Origin: Amoebidium appalachense
Taxonomy: Eukaryota > Protista > Ichthyosporea
DNA length: 64,000 nucleotides
Direction: 5' to 3'
NCBI GenBank assembly: GCA_963693365.1
Contig: CAVNZM010000002.1
Coordinates: forward strand, 15,285,615-15,349,614
How positions within the stretch are numbered: position 1 is the first letter of the stretch; each line of letters begins with the position of its first letter. Position numbers and translations under genes: made by a program. The notes beneath the pieces are model-generated. The model was not told the origin of the DNA, did no database searches, and worked only from the letters and a program-made list of their open reading frames with translations. Below are positions 1 through 14,626 of the stretch, piece by piece.

Positions 1-495
1 GTGTTTTAATAAATATTAAAGCCTTTTATATACTTCAAATCTATGTGTTATCGTTTATTGCTATATCCTGTTTCATGCTTTCGCCGCGCTCCGATCGATT
101 GGGTGCCTGTCAGGAGTGTCTCTGCCGTGAGCTGGGCATTCGCATTCCACAGATCGCGTCGAATGGCTCGTGTAATTGGCTGCAGATCTTTCGCGGCTCT
201 CGGCGAACTTTGGCCCGGATCCGCCCTGAACCGCTTGTATCCGCGGCGAACCGGCCGGGCGGGCCCTCATAGCGAACCGGCCGACGTGATATATATATGG
301 GGTTTACGCTGTTTACTTGAGGCAAAGAGAACCAGTCTCAGGTATGGGGGGGGGGGGTTTTGCTCGGAATATCCCCCTCGGCGGTATATCATGATCACGT
401 ACATAGATGTCGGGTGGTGACTATATATCAGGGTTTACTTTCTCTACGAGACACCATAAAGACTACAAGGAGAAATCAATTAGTTGGGGTTCCCC

Positions 496-543
<48 letters not shown>

Positions 544-575
544 GGGCTCCCCTCGGGACACTCGGTATCAGCTGG

Positions 576-628
<53 letters not shown>

Positions 629-632
629 TGCG

Positions 633-1883
633 CTATAATTTTGTAGTGATGTGTTTCTCAAGCCAATCAATACATCTAATAAACAGGTCGTAGTTACGCG
701 TGTTTAGTATAAAATCAAGGATGTTGTAATTTACAGGTAGGCTATCTTTCTGGGTGTCTGTTGTGAATGTGACGTGTGTGTGTTGCGGTATTATGTGGTC
801 TATCAAACTACATTTGGCGATACATGACCGGTTAAACTGGTGTGTGTGTGTGTTGTTTGGGCATGCAAATGATGCCACCTTATACTTATTAGATCTCCAC
901 TGTATAGCACGTGTACAGTAAAAGCGTGGTAATTGATCAATAATACCATCAGCTAGAGAAAGACCAGTTCTACAGGAAGGTAATATGTATTTAGGTGTTA
1001 TACACTTGCGAGTGCCATATTTGGCAATATGGTTGAGGCGGTCAGTATATATAAAACGAGACATAAGGCTTAGTTTTTCAAGGTGTATGCTTTCATCGGG
1101 TCTAGTGTCGTGTGGTATCTTTTTCCATTTGTTATATTGCGTGATTATCTTGTGATTGTGTACATGTTTAATAAGTAAGTGGCAGTCCAAAGTCACACAC
1201 ACACTATTGCGGGGTTTATTTGTATTTGTGCCCAGGGGAGAAGGGGAGAGAGAGGGGAGGAAAGAGGGGAGAGGTGAGGAGGGGACAGGTCGGATAGAGA
1301 AGAGAGGGTGGGAGGGCAAATACTTCTTTAAGCGGCTTATGTGCTTATTGAATTTCAGCGCGAGATAGGATACTCTAGCAGCTATTGGGACCAGACTGTC
1401 ATGTGCTGAGCTGATTCGTATTAGTTTGCTTCTATATTTCGTGTTTTGGTGAGTGAATTTCGGGGGTTTTCTTGCATAGTGATGCCGGGGTCTAAGTGGG
1501 GTATTAGGAGATTAATCAGTGGTATGGGGAGAACCTGATGCAGCGGCGGCTGATTGTTTGGTGCGCGCGTGCATGCCCCATGCCTCTGCGTACTCTGCAT
1601 GTTATATGTTGTATTGCTTCTTGCTGTGTGCTTGGCGAGACCCATGTTGCCTGCTCGCGTGTGTGTATGCTTATATGTATTGTGAGTAAAGGTGTGTACG
1701 TGTTGTAGTGCTGTAGGGGTGTCTCAGGTGGCGGTAGCCAATGGTGTGGAGTGCGTGTAGTCTGTGGGGGAGGGAGTGTTGTGATTGGCTGAATGTCACT
1801 GTGGTATTTGTCTGGCCAGTGGGCCGCGTGTCTGTGAAGTGTCTCGCGGGGTCGCGGGCTTTTCGAAGTTCTTCTGAGAACAC
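633..1883 (-). pseudogene. Degenerate C-terminal part of a LINE-type RT ORF (post-RT region and Cys/His tail)
   Basis: The frame is open from ~1512 to 633: ...KCITPKYILPSCRTGLSLADGII...AIQWRSNKYKVASFACPNNTHTHQFNRSCIAKC...NYNILDFILN. This resembles the C-terminal tail of APE-type LINE ORF2 proteins. A frameshifted piece upstream (HTIGYRHLRHPYSTTTRTHLYSQYI*) parallels the end of the intact RT ORF. Confidence 0.5.
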
Positions 1884-1963
1884 GAAAAAACTCGCTTCCC
1901 ACCCAACTCAAAGAAAAGTTTATACGTATACACGGTTTCGAGCCCCTTTAAGCGTGCAGATAG

Positions 1964-4438
1964 TTAGAGTAGTTTGTATACACACTGTTTGTTGCCACGA
2001 CACAGACCATATATCGAGAGCGTTACAGGCCCAGGTTTACAACAGTTGTTAGATAGAAAGGAGGCAACTTCTGCTTCAAGGAAATTTGCCAAGGGTTTAA
2101 GCGCTCTAGTTCTCTCTTTCTTGATCCAAGCGGCGAGAAGGGGTAAACCATATTCACATGCCGGGAAGACAAAAGTGCGAATAAATGTAAGTCTAATAGA
2201 AGGATGGAGGGGTGTGTCTTTAAAAATATTAGCCGAGAAGAAAGCTAACCGCTTACGAGCCAACTCTACCCTCTTTTCGACCATATGGGGAAACATAACA
2301 CCAACAGAATCAACCGGAACACCAAGATATTTGTATTCTGGAACTATAGGTACAGGTTTAGATGATAATGTAAATGTGTGTAAATTGTTAGCTATATCAG
2401 GTACAAGAACACCACATTTGTCTATGTTAAGGATCATAAGGTTTGCCTTGCACCACTCTGACACTACATCGAACAATCTTTGCAGGCGTCTAGGGGTACG
2501 GGCAAGGAGGGACAGATCATCAGCATAGAGAAGTGCAGGCGGAAAGTTATTAATAGGGTCATCGTTTTCGGCGTAAATCTTGACAGCCAAATCATCTATA
2601 AATAGGTTAAACAAAAAGGGGCTAAGCAATGAACCCTGCAAGAGACCTCTAGTACGAGCAAAACCATATGAAAGATGCCCATTAACCACAGCTCTACCAT
2701 AGGTTTGAGACAAGAGTGCTTCTAACAGAACACCAATGCAGTGTGGTACACCCCGTGCAGCAAGCTTTTCCCATAGGAGACCAGGGGAGACAGAATCGTA
2801 AGCAGTTTTCCAATCAATAAAGCCAACATATTGTGCACCAACTTGCATAGAATCGTGCAGTGCCATTATTTGAACATAACATGAATTGTTTTTACGAAAA
2901 GCGGATTGGCATGGGTGTATGTGAAGAATAGATTGAAACCTAGGGTGATGTGCAAATAACCTAAGTAAGCAAGCTTCAAAGAATCTACGAACAACCTGGG
3001 TTAGTGTAATGGGGCGAAAGGATGATATGGGGCCCTCAGAGTCCTTCTTAACTATGGGGATCACTAAGGTATCTAACCAAGATGACGGGACATGTCCACA
3101 TTTAACACACCAAGAAAAGAGAGAGCTTAACATGATAGTAAGATCAGGTTTAATAGCACGATCACTTTCCTTTTGTGGGTAGGAGGGAACAAGGATTTTA
3201 AGAAACCCAGCAGGGAGTCCATCAGGTCCACAAGACTTACTAGAGCTATAACTAGATATCACAGACCATATGGCATCGGGACTGAAAAAGGGGAGGATCG
3301 ATTCTATGGGGATAGATGGGTCTACAGGCCACACAATAGGTTTCTGAGCGGGGGTCCTATCTTTAAACAGTTCCGAGAAATACTTATCAGAGTCTATGAG
3401 GGGGTCTCCAGTGGTATCACCAATAATACGAGCAGGGGGGCCAAATCGATTCATACTAGCAAGCCGGCGCAAGCTTTCCTTTTGAGACAGGGGTTCACCT
3501 AGTCTAGCGGGAGTGGTGTTTGGTAACAAGAGAGCATTGGGGTATTCCTTCCTACCACCGCCAGCATAATCACCGAGATCTATCAAATCATCAACAATAA
3601 AGTTAGTGCATGTATCTAGTACGAGATGTGAATCTGGCCTGGCTTGTGCAGATTCTAATAGGCGCATATATATAGGGTGTTTCGTAGCATAGCATACACA
3701 TACATCAACTCTACCCCACTGTGACTTAAGCTGGGATAGACGGAGGCGAAAGGTGGGAGGGGGAGGGGGGAGCAGATCAAGGGAGATCTTAGGTAGGAAA
3801 AGGATAGGAGAGTGGTCAGATGACCTAGAGAGGTTAGGAGGGAGAGAGAGTTTTGACATGGTTGATGGCCAAAAGGCCACTCCCCAGTCGGTGTTGTGGG
3901 CATGGGATATTTGAGGGAACCGCAAAGTGTGACTTTGGACATACCTTGCTAAAGGGATAGCACGCTCCGGGGGCTTAGATGGGTACCCGACACTCACTTG
4001 CAGTGTGTCTGTGTGGTGGAGTCGCGTGTTAAAATCACCTAAAATAACAGTGGACATTGGTAACTGTGACAACTCGTGAGTCAATTCGACAACCGACATA
4101 GATGGTGGGTAATATACAAAAGTAAAAACATTAGAAAGAAACTCTATAGAAACCGAGAATTCCGTTTTTGCTACCGGTTTGCACTTCACTCTCACGTGTG
4201 GTGCGGCAAGTACAATAATGCCTCGGTTTTTCGCGTAACCGGGGTGTGTGGATGTGTCGACCAATGTAGAGTTGAATTTGTGGTGGTTTTTAAACTGTGT
4301 TTCGCAAATCACTGTAAACGTGTGGTTGTTTGTCTGTTGTTGTATGTAGCTGATTTTATCGTCGAGTGTCCCGGGGAGGAGGCCCTTTTGGGGGCCCAGT
4401 GTCCGAGCATTCCAGAAGAAGAAGGATAAATTAGGCAT
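1964..4438 (-). mobile_element. Non-LTR retrotransposon ORF2: APE endonuclease plus reverse transcriptase (824 aa, probably C-terminally truncated)
   Basis: APE motifs: WNAR, ICETQ, YYPP, ILGDFN, SSDHSPI. RT motifs: SCGPDG, FRPITL, QSAFRK, FIDWKTAYDSV, GLLQGSLLSPFLFNLFIDDL, LYADD, YKYLGV. Confidence 0.95.
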
Positions 4439-4925
4439 CGGTTTGGTCCGACACCTGTGGGGTTGGTTCCCACTTGTCGCTTACGGGGTCGTATGCACGA
4501 CCTTCCGCCAGCGCGAACAGTTCGCAGAAGAGCTCGATTTCCATCTCGCATCGGCGTTTGCGCTCGAGCAGTTTCTCACCAGAAAACATTGGTTCCTTCG
4601 TGTCCGTGTCTATCACGCTCGTAGCATCGTTTTCCAACTTTGCGAGGAACTCTTTTGCCTTGCTGATGCGTACACGACAACGTGTGGCGCACGCATTCTT
4701 AGCAGACACTTTACGTTCTTTGTCTGCTTTCTGAATGTTTTCCGGCGCGCATGGGTCGTAGCTTGGGAGGTGGGTGAAGAAGCTTCCACACCCCTTTGTC
4801 GCGTCACGGATGAACGCACGGTTATAGTCGCCCCGTACTGCTACTTCCAGCACATCGTATCCAATGAAGGACAGACAAAGGATGCGAGAGCACCGGAAGC
4901 CGAGAGCCTTGAAGATGGACCACAT
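4431..4925 (-). mobile_element. Retrotransposon ORF1, probably 5'-truncated
   Basis: Co-oriented 164-aa ORF directly upstream of ORF2; its stop overlaps the ORF2 start (GATGCCTAA). Helical, charged C-terminus. Bounded upstream by a (CA)n tract. Confidence 0.65.
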
Positions 4926-4948
4926 GGCCCTCTATATATATATGTGGG

Positions 4949-5081
<133 letters not shown>

Positions 5082-5109
5082 GGGGGTGCCGAGTGCCGGG
5101 CGGGGGGAA

Positions 5110-5141
<32 letters not shown>

Positions 5142-6035
5142 GCTGCAATGTTTTCTGATCAGCAAAAAGCACAGGCTGCTATAGCGAAGCCTATTTGTAC
5201 ATGTTGCCACGTACACGGGAGCTTTTCTGGCATTTCCTGGGTCCCGTACATATTACTTTCAAAATTGCAAGACCTCGGAGCTACCCCCCGCCCCCCTCGG
5301 GCCCGGTGCACACACACACGCACGCACGCAAGCACGCACCACACAGTACTCACACAGGCACCCACACATGCGCCCAATTGTATATGGCACACGCACGCCG
5401 TCGGGCACATGTACACAGTGTCACACACGCCACACACAAAGAGAGTTCGGACTTCTTATCCAGGTCTAGGCCACTGCTACTATACATGTGGCATATCCAA
5501 AGTACCCATCATCATGTCACTAGGCCCCGGGCACATATCAAAGCGCAAATGTACGTGTCCCCCCCCTACATACAAGCCAGCACATACTGGTAGCAATCAG
5601 TCGGTGCTGCTCCGAGTGAAGGACCGTGCCATTTTAACAGATCGATTTTCTTTCAATTTTATTTCCGTTTTTGTTTGCAGGCACAGGGACCTGAAGCAAC
5701 GAGCACATGCCCCAGCCATCTTATCTTTACATATCAAGAGGCCACCCACCCAGCTAAGGACTAAACAAGGCTTACATCCCCTCTATTTCTACTGCACCAA
5801 TTTGGTGTCTAACGCCAGACTACCAATCAACTTATCAATCAGACACAACTATACTTGACAAAACTGGTATTACCCCCCTTGCACCACCCGCGGCGCAGTT
5901 CTTCAAATAACACTGCAATACAAGCTCACAATGGAAACACAAATCACAAAAACCCCCACCAGACACCTATAATAAATGAATTTTACACAAACCCGCACTA
6001 AAAACACCGCCACAACACATTAAAATTTCAAATTT

Positions 6036-6401
6036 TCACAGGAGCACGCAGCAACCCCCCTTATCGCCACCCTGGCTTGTTCCGGGTGCCTTTGCAGCCT
6101 TTTTCTTGCTGATCTGGCGCAGCAGATTGTAGTAGCTCTCATCCACATTCATCTTGGTCTTGGCCGAGGTCTCCATGTACGGCACGTTCCACTCCTTGGC
6201 CTTGGACCCTGCTACGTCCTTGCCCACCTGTGCACACATCGTCGTTGTCAGCATATAATGAGGTAGAAAACATGTGTGGGTATATCTAATAGTATGAAGT
6301 TGGAAGTGGCTTAGCATGATGAAGGAAACCATCGGCATGACCCTTCGTTTTCCTAACCCTTTCACACCCATCCCCTTTCATTAAAACGGCTTGACCTCTC
6401 T

Positions 6402-6433
<32 letters not shown>

Positions 6434-6464
6434 TCCCCCCCCCACTCCCAAGCTCTTTGTGTGT

Positions 6465-6502
<38 letters not shown>

Positions 6503-6623
6503 AAGAAGAGGGTTCCCACATCACATCACTATTCGAGCAAGATTAAGGTGGGGGAGAGGCCACATACAGGTTTGTATACCACACACTCAGAAAAAGGAAG
6601 AGAAAAAGAGATAGAAAGAAAGA

Positions 6624-6657
<34 letters not shown>

Positions 6658-6880
6658 AGGGTGATGTATGGGTTAGAGGGCTGATATGGAGGAGACAACT
6701 AGGGGAGGGGGGGAGGGGGGATGTATGTGTTAGAGGGTTGGATATATGGAGGAGACACCAGAGGACAACAAAAAAAGGTCACAAAAGTGAAAAACCCGAA
6801 ATTAAACAATGCAAGTGTGCCGGCAGAAGACACCGGGGGAGGGGGAAAAAAGAGGGCGCCCGGGAGAGGGGCCGGTGTGT

Positions 6881-6911
<31 letters not shown>

Positions 6912-6920
6912 GGGGGGGGG

Positions 6921-6967
<47 letters not shown>

Positions 6968-7045
6968 GGAGAGAGGGAAGGAAGAGAGGGAGAGGGAGGG
7001 CAAGGGAGAGGGGCGGAGAGGGAGAGGGGAGAGGGGAGAAGGGGG

Positions 7046-7084
<39 letters not shown>

Positions 7085-7589
7085 AGAGATGGGGGGAGGA
7101 GGGGGAGAAGCAGAGATAAAGGGGGGGGGGGGGGGGGGGGGTTGAATGTGTCATAAAGTACGAAGTACACAAGAACAACGGATAACACGATGCAGAATGC
7201 AAACCATACATAAAGAGTATGCATAAAAAGCAGAGCCCATCCTCAGGGGGGCCCCACGTCATCCACAGTACCCGATTTTCGACCCATTCACCTCGTTAAC
7301 GAAACCCAACTCAGATACTGTTTCACTTGAACATGGTTGGGTCACCCGTCTTGATCAGAGACGAGCAGGGTTACTTATGCAGGCAAGGGCAGTGAAAAAG
7401 GCCGGGGGTTAAAGTTGCAGCAGTAAGCAGAAGCAAGAAAAATATAGATAGGAACTCAGGAGACGGGGCTTCTGGGAAGCGCGGGGGGGGGGGGGGGGGG
7501 GGGGGGGGTTGAGGAAGCATGTAGAGAAGATGAGAATAGCTGCGTAGAGTAGTACCACACGCAAGTGTGCGTGTGCGTGTGTATGTGTA

Positions 7590-7635
<46 letters not shown>

Positions 7636-8252
7636 GGGGAGGGGGGGGGGGGGGGGGGGGTTGACAGAGTACGTAGTATATATTCACAATGGGAAACACC
7701 AAGCAAACATCGCAAAAGGCTTAAGCACAAAGAGTATCTGGGAGCATCGAAAGAATTTGTGTGTATGTGCTCGGAAGAGGGGCTAAGTTAGGAACTACTG
7801 CAAGGTAACAAGCGGCCAAACAGAAAGGGGTCTTCCCTACTGACACATTGTATAGGTTCTGTGTATCTGTGTGGATATGCGTGTGTGTGCATGTGTGTGT
7901 GTGTGCGTGTGTGTGTTGGCAAGGGGATGAGAGGGCGATACTTTAAGCTGTATTACAAAGTACGAAGTACAAATTCACAAGGGACCACAGGGTGCAGATT
8001 GCATAGCACACACTGAGCATGCATAATAAGCAGAGCCCATCAGACCCCATCCGCAGGGGGAGCGGGGAAAGGGGGGGGTTGTAAACATGCGCTAAAAGTA
8101 CGAAGTGCATATCTAAAACGGACAACACGATGCACTGTGCAAACCACACATGAAGAATATGCATAATAAGCAGAGCCCATCCTCAGGGGTGGGGGCCCAA
8201 GTCATCCCCAGTGCCCGAGTTTCGGAAGATGTGTGTTGTGTGTGTGTGCGTG

Positions 8253-8302
<50 letters not shown>

Positions 8303-9039
8303 AGGGAGTGTGTGTATGTGAGTGAGTGAGTGAGTGAGTGAGTGAGTGAGTGAGTGAGTGTGTGCGTGTGTGGAGGGGGGGGGTGGGGGGTGGGGGGTTG
8401 GGGGGCTTAAACGGAGCAGCAATGGGTGCAGATAAGGTACAGAACGCAGAGAGGAAGGAGTGGGTGAAGGGCAGGTAAACCCAACTACGAAGGCTGCGTG
8501 CAAAAACATAATCGCAGATGTGAGTGTGTGTGGGTGGTAAGTGGTTTGCGTGTGTTGGCTGTGTAAAGCCCCACTACAGGCAGATGCTATGGCTATAGTG
8601 TAGAGACTCTCATTGAAGATCAAAGGTCGAGTGCCATGTGTGGTGGGGGTAGACGTGTGCGTGTGTGTGTGTGTGTGAACGATGTATATATGTAGGCTGC
8701 CGGTGAAATGTGGGTGACATGCGTAAACACCAAAGTCTGCATGGCCGTGCGGATGATTTAAACCATTCAAGCGAGGAACGATTGTGCTTGAGCCTGTACG
8801 GATATGAGAGGGTGCATGGCTGCCTGCACGTGCATGGCAGTTTGCATGCCTTCCAGCATGTGTATGCATGTACAGGTACATGAGTGTGCGCATGTCTGCT
8901 ATCAAGTGGGTCTGTGCGTCCCTGTATGTGTGTGTGCATGTGCCTGCATGTGTGCATGTGTCTGGTACGGGTGTCTGTACGTGCCTGCATGTCTGTGTGC
9001 ATGTACCTGCATGCAAGTGTGATTTTGTATATGTCTGCA

Positions 9040-9075
<36 letters not shown>

Positions 9076-9775
9076 AGTGTGTGTGTGTGTGTGTGTGTGG
9101 CTGTACCTGGCGCTTGTCCTCCAGATCTGCCTTGTTACCTACGAGGATGAAGGGAATGTTCTCGTCATCGTGCACCCGCAGAATCTGGTCCCGGAAACTC
9201 TCCGTCTCCTTGAAAGATTGCTGCAGAGTGACTGCTTGTTAGAGCACACACACACACGCACGCGCGTGCGCCCATGCCCCCCCCCCCCTCCCCCCTTTCC
9301 CGCCCGGCCCCCGTTTTTCTCCTTCAAGTCCATTACCTTCATTTTCTCTTTGGCCAATAACAAAACCATACGAAACCACTGACAGCAGCCCCTCCCCCCC
9401 CCCCCCCCCCCCCCTCCCCCCTCCTCCACCCATCCCCTGGGCGGGGTCTGATTTTCACTCTCATTACTCGAGCAACCATCTCTCTCTACTCCCCTCTACC
9501 CTGCCTTTGCAACACAAAGTACATCCAGGCATAGTCTTGACTCCAGTGCGTGCTACATCTACACGTGCATACAACAGAGTACAAAAACAGACGAGTGTTG
9601 TTGCTGGCCTAACAAAGCCATGCCGTGCCCTGGACATCTCATACACAAACACACACACATCCACAAACAAGCAACCTGTACAGCACTTTATCCCCTCGTT
9701 TTTCCAGTTCCCTCTTCGGCCACCCATTCTACGCATACGACTTCACCAACACATCCCCATCTCCCATCCCCCAAG

Positions 9776-9812
<37 letters not shown>

Positions 9813-9833
9813 AAACACACACACACACAAGGG

Positions 9834-9919
<86 letters not shown>

Positions 9920-11723
9920 GCGAGAGAGGAGAGAGAGAGAAAGAGAGAGATAATGAGAGGGACAAGCACACACCGAGGTGCACGCACACACACACACACG
10001 CACACACACACGCACACACACACACACAAACACACACCGACCCACCAAAACACACACAAGCCCGCGGCCACACCCCACCAAGCACCAGCACACATCAGCA
10101 CGAAACACAAAACAAACAAACCCACCGTTTCACAGATAGAGAAGACACAGAAGAAGCCCTCGCCTGAGCGGTAGTAGTTGTCTCTGATGGCGGCATAGTC
10201 CTCCTGGCCGGCCGTGTCCAGAATGTCGATCTGGATGTCCTCCCCGTCAAGCGTCACCTTCTTGCGGTAGCTGCACACAAGAAACGTAAGAATCCGTTGG
10301 AGATCTTCGGAAAAGGCACACAATGTAGTAAATTGATATATTATATGTTTTATCTCAAGACATGCTGTTTGTTGTGGCAGGCCGGTGTCCTTGCAGACAA
10401 GACTCTGTAGAGCGTATATATGCCAGCATGCAGTGTGTTGTGCAATCTTTCCTCACCGTATCAGGTGGTGGCTGGTAGCACACTTGGGCTATTCAATCAC
10501 ATTCACCAGCCCAAACCAATTCTGACAGACGCACTACTTTGACGCACCAGCATTCCCGGTTCCAGTGTTGCAAGAAACCCAAAAACACCGTCACTATCCC
10601 TTGGCCCAAGCAAACAAGTTGACGTGACCATTACCACATCCATCAAGCAAACCACTGCCACATCCCAGTCTCTTACACCCCCTCAACACACATCCGGATA
10701 ACCAGTCCGTTTGTCATGAAACCCCATATCCACCCCCCCCTCCCCCTCCTCCCCCCCCCCCCCCCCCCAAAAAAAAAAAAATAAAAAAAATAAAAAAAAA
10801 TAAACCCTCAACCAAAAAACGCCCGTGTCCGCAGCTAAAGCATTGACTGTTATAAAGCCAGCCCACACCAAGCAACCACTGCAAAGACCAATCTCCAAGT
10901 TTATCTAAAGCAGAGCTGCACACGCCAAAACAACACAAACAGCAGAAGTTGCACCAACCGTACAATCACCACTTTCTATAGCCATACCGAAAAGCGAGGG
11001 GAGGATCTCCTAAAGCTAATAACCCATCACAGGTCCAGGGACATGAACAAGTTGAAAGTGGAGACACAACCACGCCGTCCTTAGCAACGAGCACACAAAC
11101 ATGCAGATATAAGTTTGCGTGTTCTTCAGGCTGTATGCACATGCCTGCCTGCACTTAAGCACACGAATACAAGACAAACACACCCACACAGACCACATAC
11201 ACCTGTACACATAACCACACAAACAGTCATATCCCTAACCACACCATTACACACACTAAATAAGCCAAACACAAGAAGTAACAAGCAAAACCATAACAAC
11301 CATAACCGATGAATGCACCCACAGACACCCCCTGCTAAGCCCCTAACACCAATACCGGCAACCAACACAAAGTGTCCAGCAAGAAGAAGTGAACACATAA
11401 CCCCTGCTTATTCTACCAAGAAAGGCATGGTCTTTAGTCACTTTTACAACTTTCAGCACACCACCATAGCCCCATGCAACGGACCCCTTGTAACTCCTTG
11501 AAAAAAGACGGGCTACACAGGGGGGCTAGACCACATTGTGAATAGGCAACACTACCTGGTGTGATTGGAACCCAACAAACAATATAGTCGTTTTATTATT
11601 CGTCAACATTAGTGAAGATCACCCACGGCCATATACAGCCACACGAAAGTGATCACTCGTTCTTATGTTGCAGAAAGGGTTATTGAGGGGTTGCTCTGAA
11701 AAACAAAAAACGAGGGGGAAGGG

Positions 11724-11756
<33 letters not shown>

Positions 11757-12295
11757 GGGGGGAGATAGAACATAGGTTACAATAAAGGTATTTTACACGA
11801 AGTATAGTATTGGAAGGCTAAGGTTTTGGAGGTCACTCGTATAGCAACCCAGCCTTCCTGGACAAGCTACAGAAATTAATCTCACGAATAACACAAGGTC
11901 TTGCACAATAGTAACAGGCCAAGGAAGCAGCAACACAACACAATCAATAAAAAGATAGCAGTGGTTAGCATCAGCGAAAAATGAGACCAAGTAAACAAAG
12001 AGAAGCGGACACACGGAGGGACAGGCTTAAACAGAAGCAAACACAACACAAAGAAAAAAAACCTTCGTTAAAAAAAAAACAAAAAAACGCCCACGTTCTC
12101 CTTGCATTACACCGAGCCCATGATTCCGTGCAAGCTTCAAGCGCAGCACAAGCTACACGAAAGAAAAACTTTCACTCACCTGTCGGCTTTTGTTGGCTCG
12201 TAGTCTTCCACGAACTCGGCATACATAAACTGGAGAGTCAAGGCGGACTTGCCCACACCACCAGACCCGACCATAATAACTTTGTGGAGCACCAT
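6036..12295 (-). CDS. RAL: Ral small GTPase, 188 aa; exons 12295-12180, 10270-10126, 9220-9107, 6227-6036
   Basis: Spliced protein: [43 protein letters not shown]...[15 protein letters not shown]...[12 protein letters not shown]...ETSAKT...GGCCVLL. Contains the Ral-specific effector loop YEPTKAD and a CAAX box. All introns are GT-AG and phase-compatible. Confidence 0.96.
7142..7480 (-). repeat. Dispersed ~340-bp repeat R1, long copy in Ral intron 3
   Basis: Closely matches the reverse complement of 63347-63686. Confidence 0.9.
7950..8225 (-). repeat. Two partial, diverged R1 copies in Ral intron 3
   Basis: The blocks aaagtacgaagt...gcataataagcagagcccatc recur at ~7957-8041 and ~8096-8225. 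Confidence 0.8.
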
Positions 12296-13651
12296 TTTAT
12301 CTATCTGACTCAACACTAAACCGAATGTAGCTTTTGTTACCTATAGTGTCTCGCCTACGAGCACTGTATTACTTTCTTGCTAAGGTTTTTCTCCTTGAAA
12401 AATCAGCTCTAAAGGACTAACGTTTTCTTTCCAGAAAGGAGGTTTCAAGCACGACACGGGCCAGTTGTGTGTTGAGAACTAGGCGCACACCCGAGTCTTT
12501 GAGCGTAACACCTGGATCCTCGAAAGAAAGCAAGAAGCAATAAAAGAGGTGAATATAACTTCGAGGATATCGAAATCTTGAAGACTATATAATTGATAGG
12601 AGAATGCATATCATGATATTATCGAGGACAGCGTAAATGTAGAAATTCCTCAGTGTCTTTTACCACAGATGTGATTGGATGAGGTTGTCATGTAGATAAC
12701 AAGAATCCAATCAAAAGCGGGAGCGGTTAGAGGTGTGAGTTTTTGAAACTAAAAAGCGCACAAGGGCATACCATCCACCCAAGTGGCAATATATCAATAT
12801 TACACACCGTCCAGTAACAAAATATATTTGTAATGTTTTTTCATAGCCATTTAAATGGCATAGAGACCCTTGTTTCACCTTCTAATAACGTTTCTTGCTA
12901 AACTTTATCTTTTGTCAGCACCGCATTGTGATTGCTGTAAGCGTATTTACGAATGCATGATACCAAACCAATCGCAAGAAATCTGGGTGTCCCCCCACAA
13001 TTTTTTGGCGACAGGTCAACATCGGGTCTCTTCACATGTTCGCACAGGTGACAGAGGTGAAAGGTTTGTGTGTGTGTGTGTGTGCGTGTGTGTGTTTGGG
13101 GAGGAGGGGAGGGAAGGGGGAGGAATGGGGATTGCGCTGTTTATCAACGACAAACCGTGAGAAACGGTTCTTGGCAGATAGCTTTGTGGGGCTTCCTAGT
13201 GGCTACTAGCATAGCGGTCTTCCGGGCGTGGTAATCGGTTTCTGATGCTTCCTAGACGGTGGTGCCCTTGCGGACCACACACTTTGTGTCGTAGCTGTGT
13301 GAGGTCCTGTTTTGTGTTGTCCGTGTTATGCTGGCCACATTTGCCGACTTATCGACCGCCCTCGTCACCAAAAACTCCGCTTCCCGTCGCCATGCACGAC
13401 ACTTAACCATCGTCGACTTTCTTCTTCACCCCGATGACTATCTAATTGCTCAAACTGCTTTCAATACCTGCGCAGCCACTTCACCGTGTCACACATAATT
13501 CTACATACACAAACGTGTGATAAGTTTCGTGTCTCTTTTTTTTCTTTCCTTCTTCTTCTTCTTTTTTTTGATTGTTTGTTTGTTTGTTTGTTGTTTGTTC
13601 GTGTGGTGTTTTGTTCTAGATAATAGCAGTGGAGCAAAACCGAATGATTAC

Positions 13652-13731
<80 letters not shown>

Positions 13732-14589
13732 GGGTCTCTAGAGCTGCAACATCTGTACATGTCCCTACATATCCATGGGGCCCATGTGTTTCGGGGGGGG
13801 GGGAAGGGGGGAGGAAGAGGGGGAGGGTGGGGGGGGGGGGGGGGGGGGGGGGGGCCCACGGGGGGTTCCGGCAAAATGTGGGGAGATAGAGCAACCGGCT
13901 AACAGCAGTTTTCCTTGGGCAAAACACAGGCTGTTTGCCTCAAGAGAGGGAAAATAGAAACTGTACTGTTCGAGTGAGATGAGAATATTGTGGCACCTGT
14001 GGTGGATCATAATTATAACGAGCAGTGTGCAAGGTTTGCCGTCACACAGTGCCGAGGCTGTTTGCTGGCCACGAGCTCACGGCACGACTGTGTCTGTTGT
14101 GTCTCTTGTGTGTATACGTGTGTTGAAGTGGGTTCTTTGAACGGAGTTATAGGGGAAAAGGCAACACGACACCAACACTGGGGCTTAACGGGAACTCACT
14201 CGTTTCCCTAACCCTTTACTATCGGCTCTCTGCACAGCACAGAGCGCAGGCTGACGGTACGGGAAGGTGTCTCCAGGACACGTAGGCGCACTCATTGAAT
14301 TCCTCATCTTTACATGGAGCGCCAGGCTCGTATCCTATTGGCTACTATTTGATGGTATTTTACCCCATACATATGGCGCAATCACACCCCAGTGTGTAAC
14401 ACTGTTTGCTCCCTTCAAAACTCCAAGTACTTTCATGCACACGACAGAACTTAGGGGTGGGTTGGTGGGTCGTTATTTTCATTTTTATTTTCTTAATTAT
14501 TATCCCCCCCCTCCCCCCCCCCCCACACACACATCCTTTTCGTTCTTCTTCTTTTAAAGTTGTCTTGTGGGAAAGGGGGGGAGGGGAGA

Positions 14590-14626
<37 letters not shown>

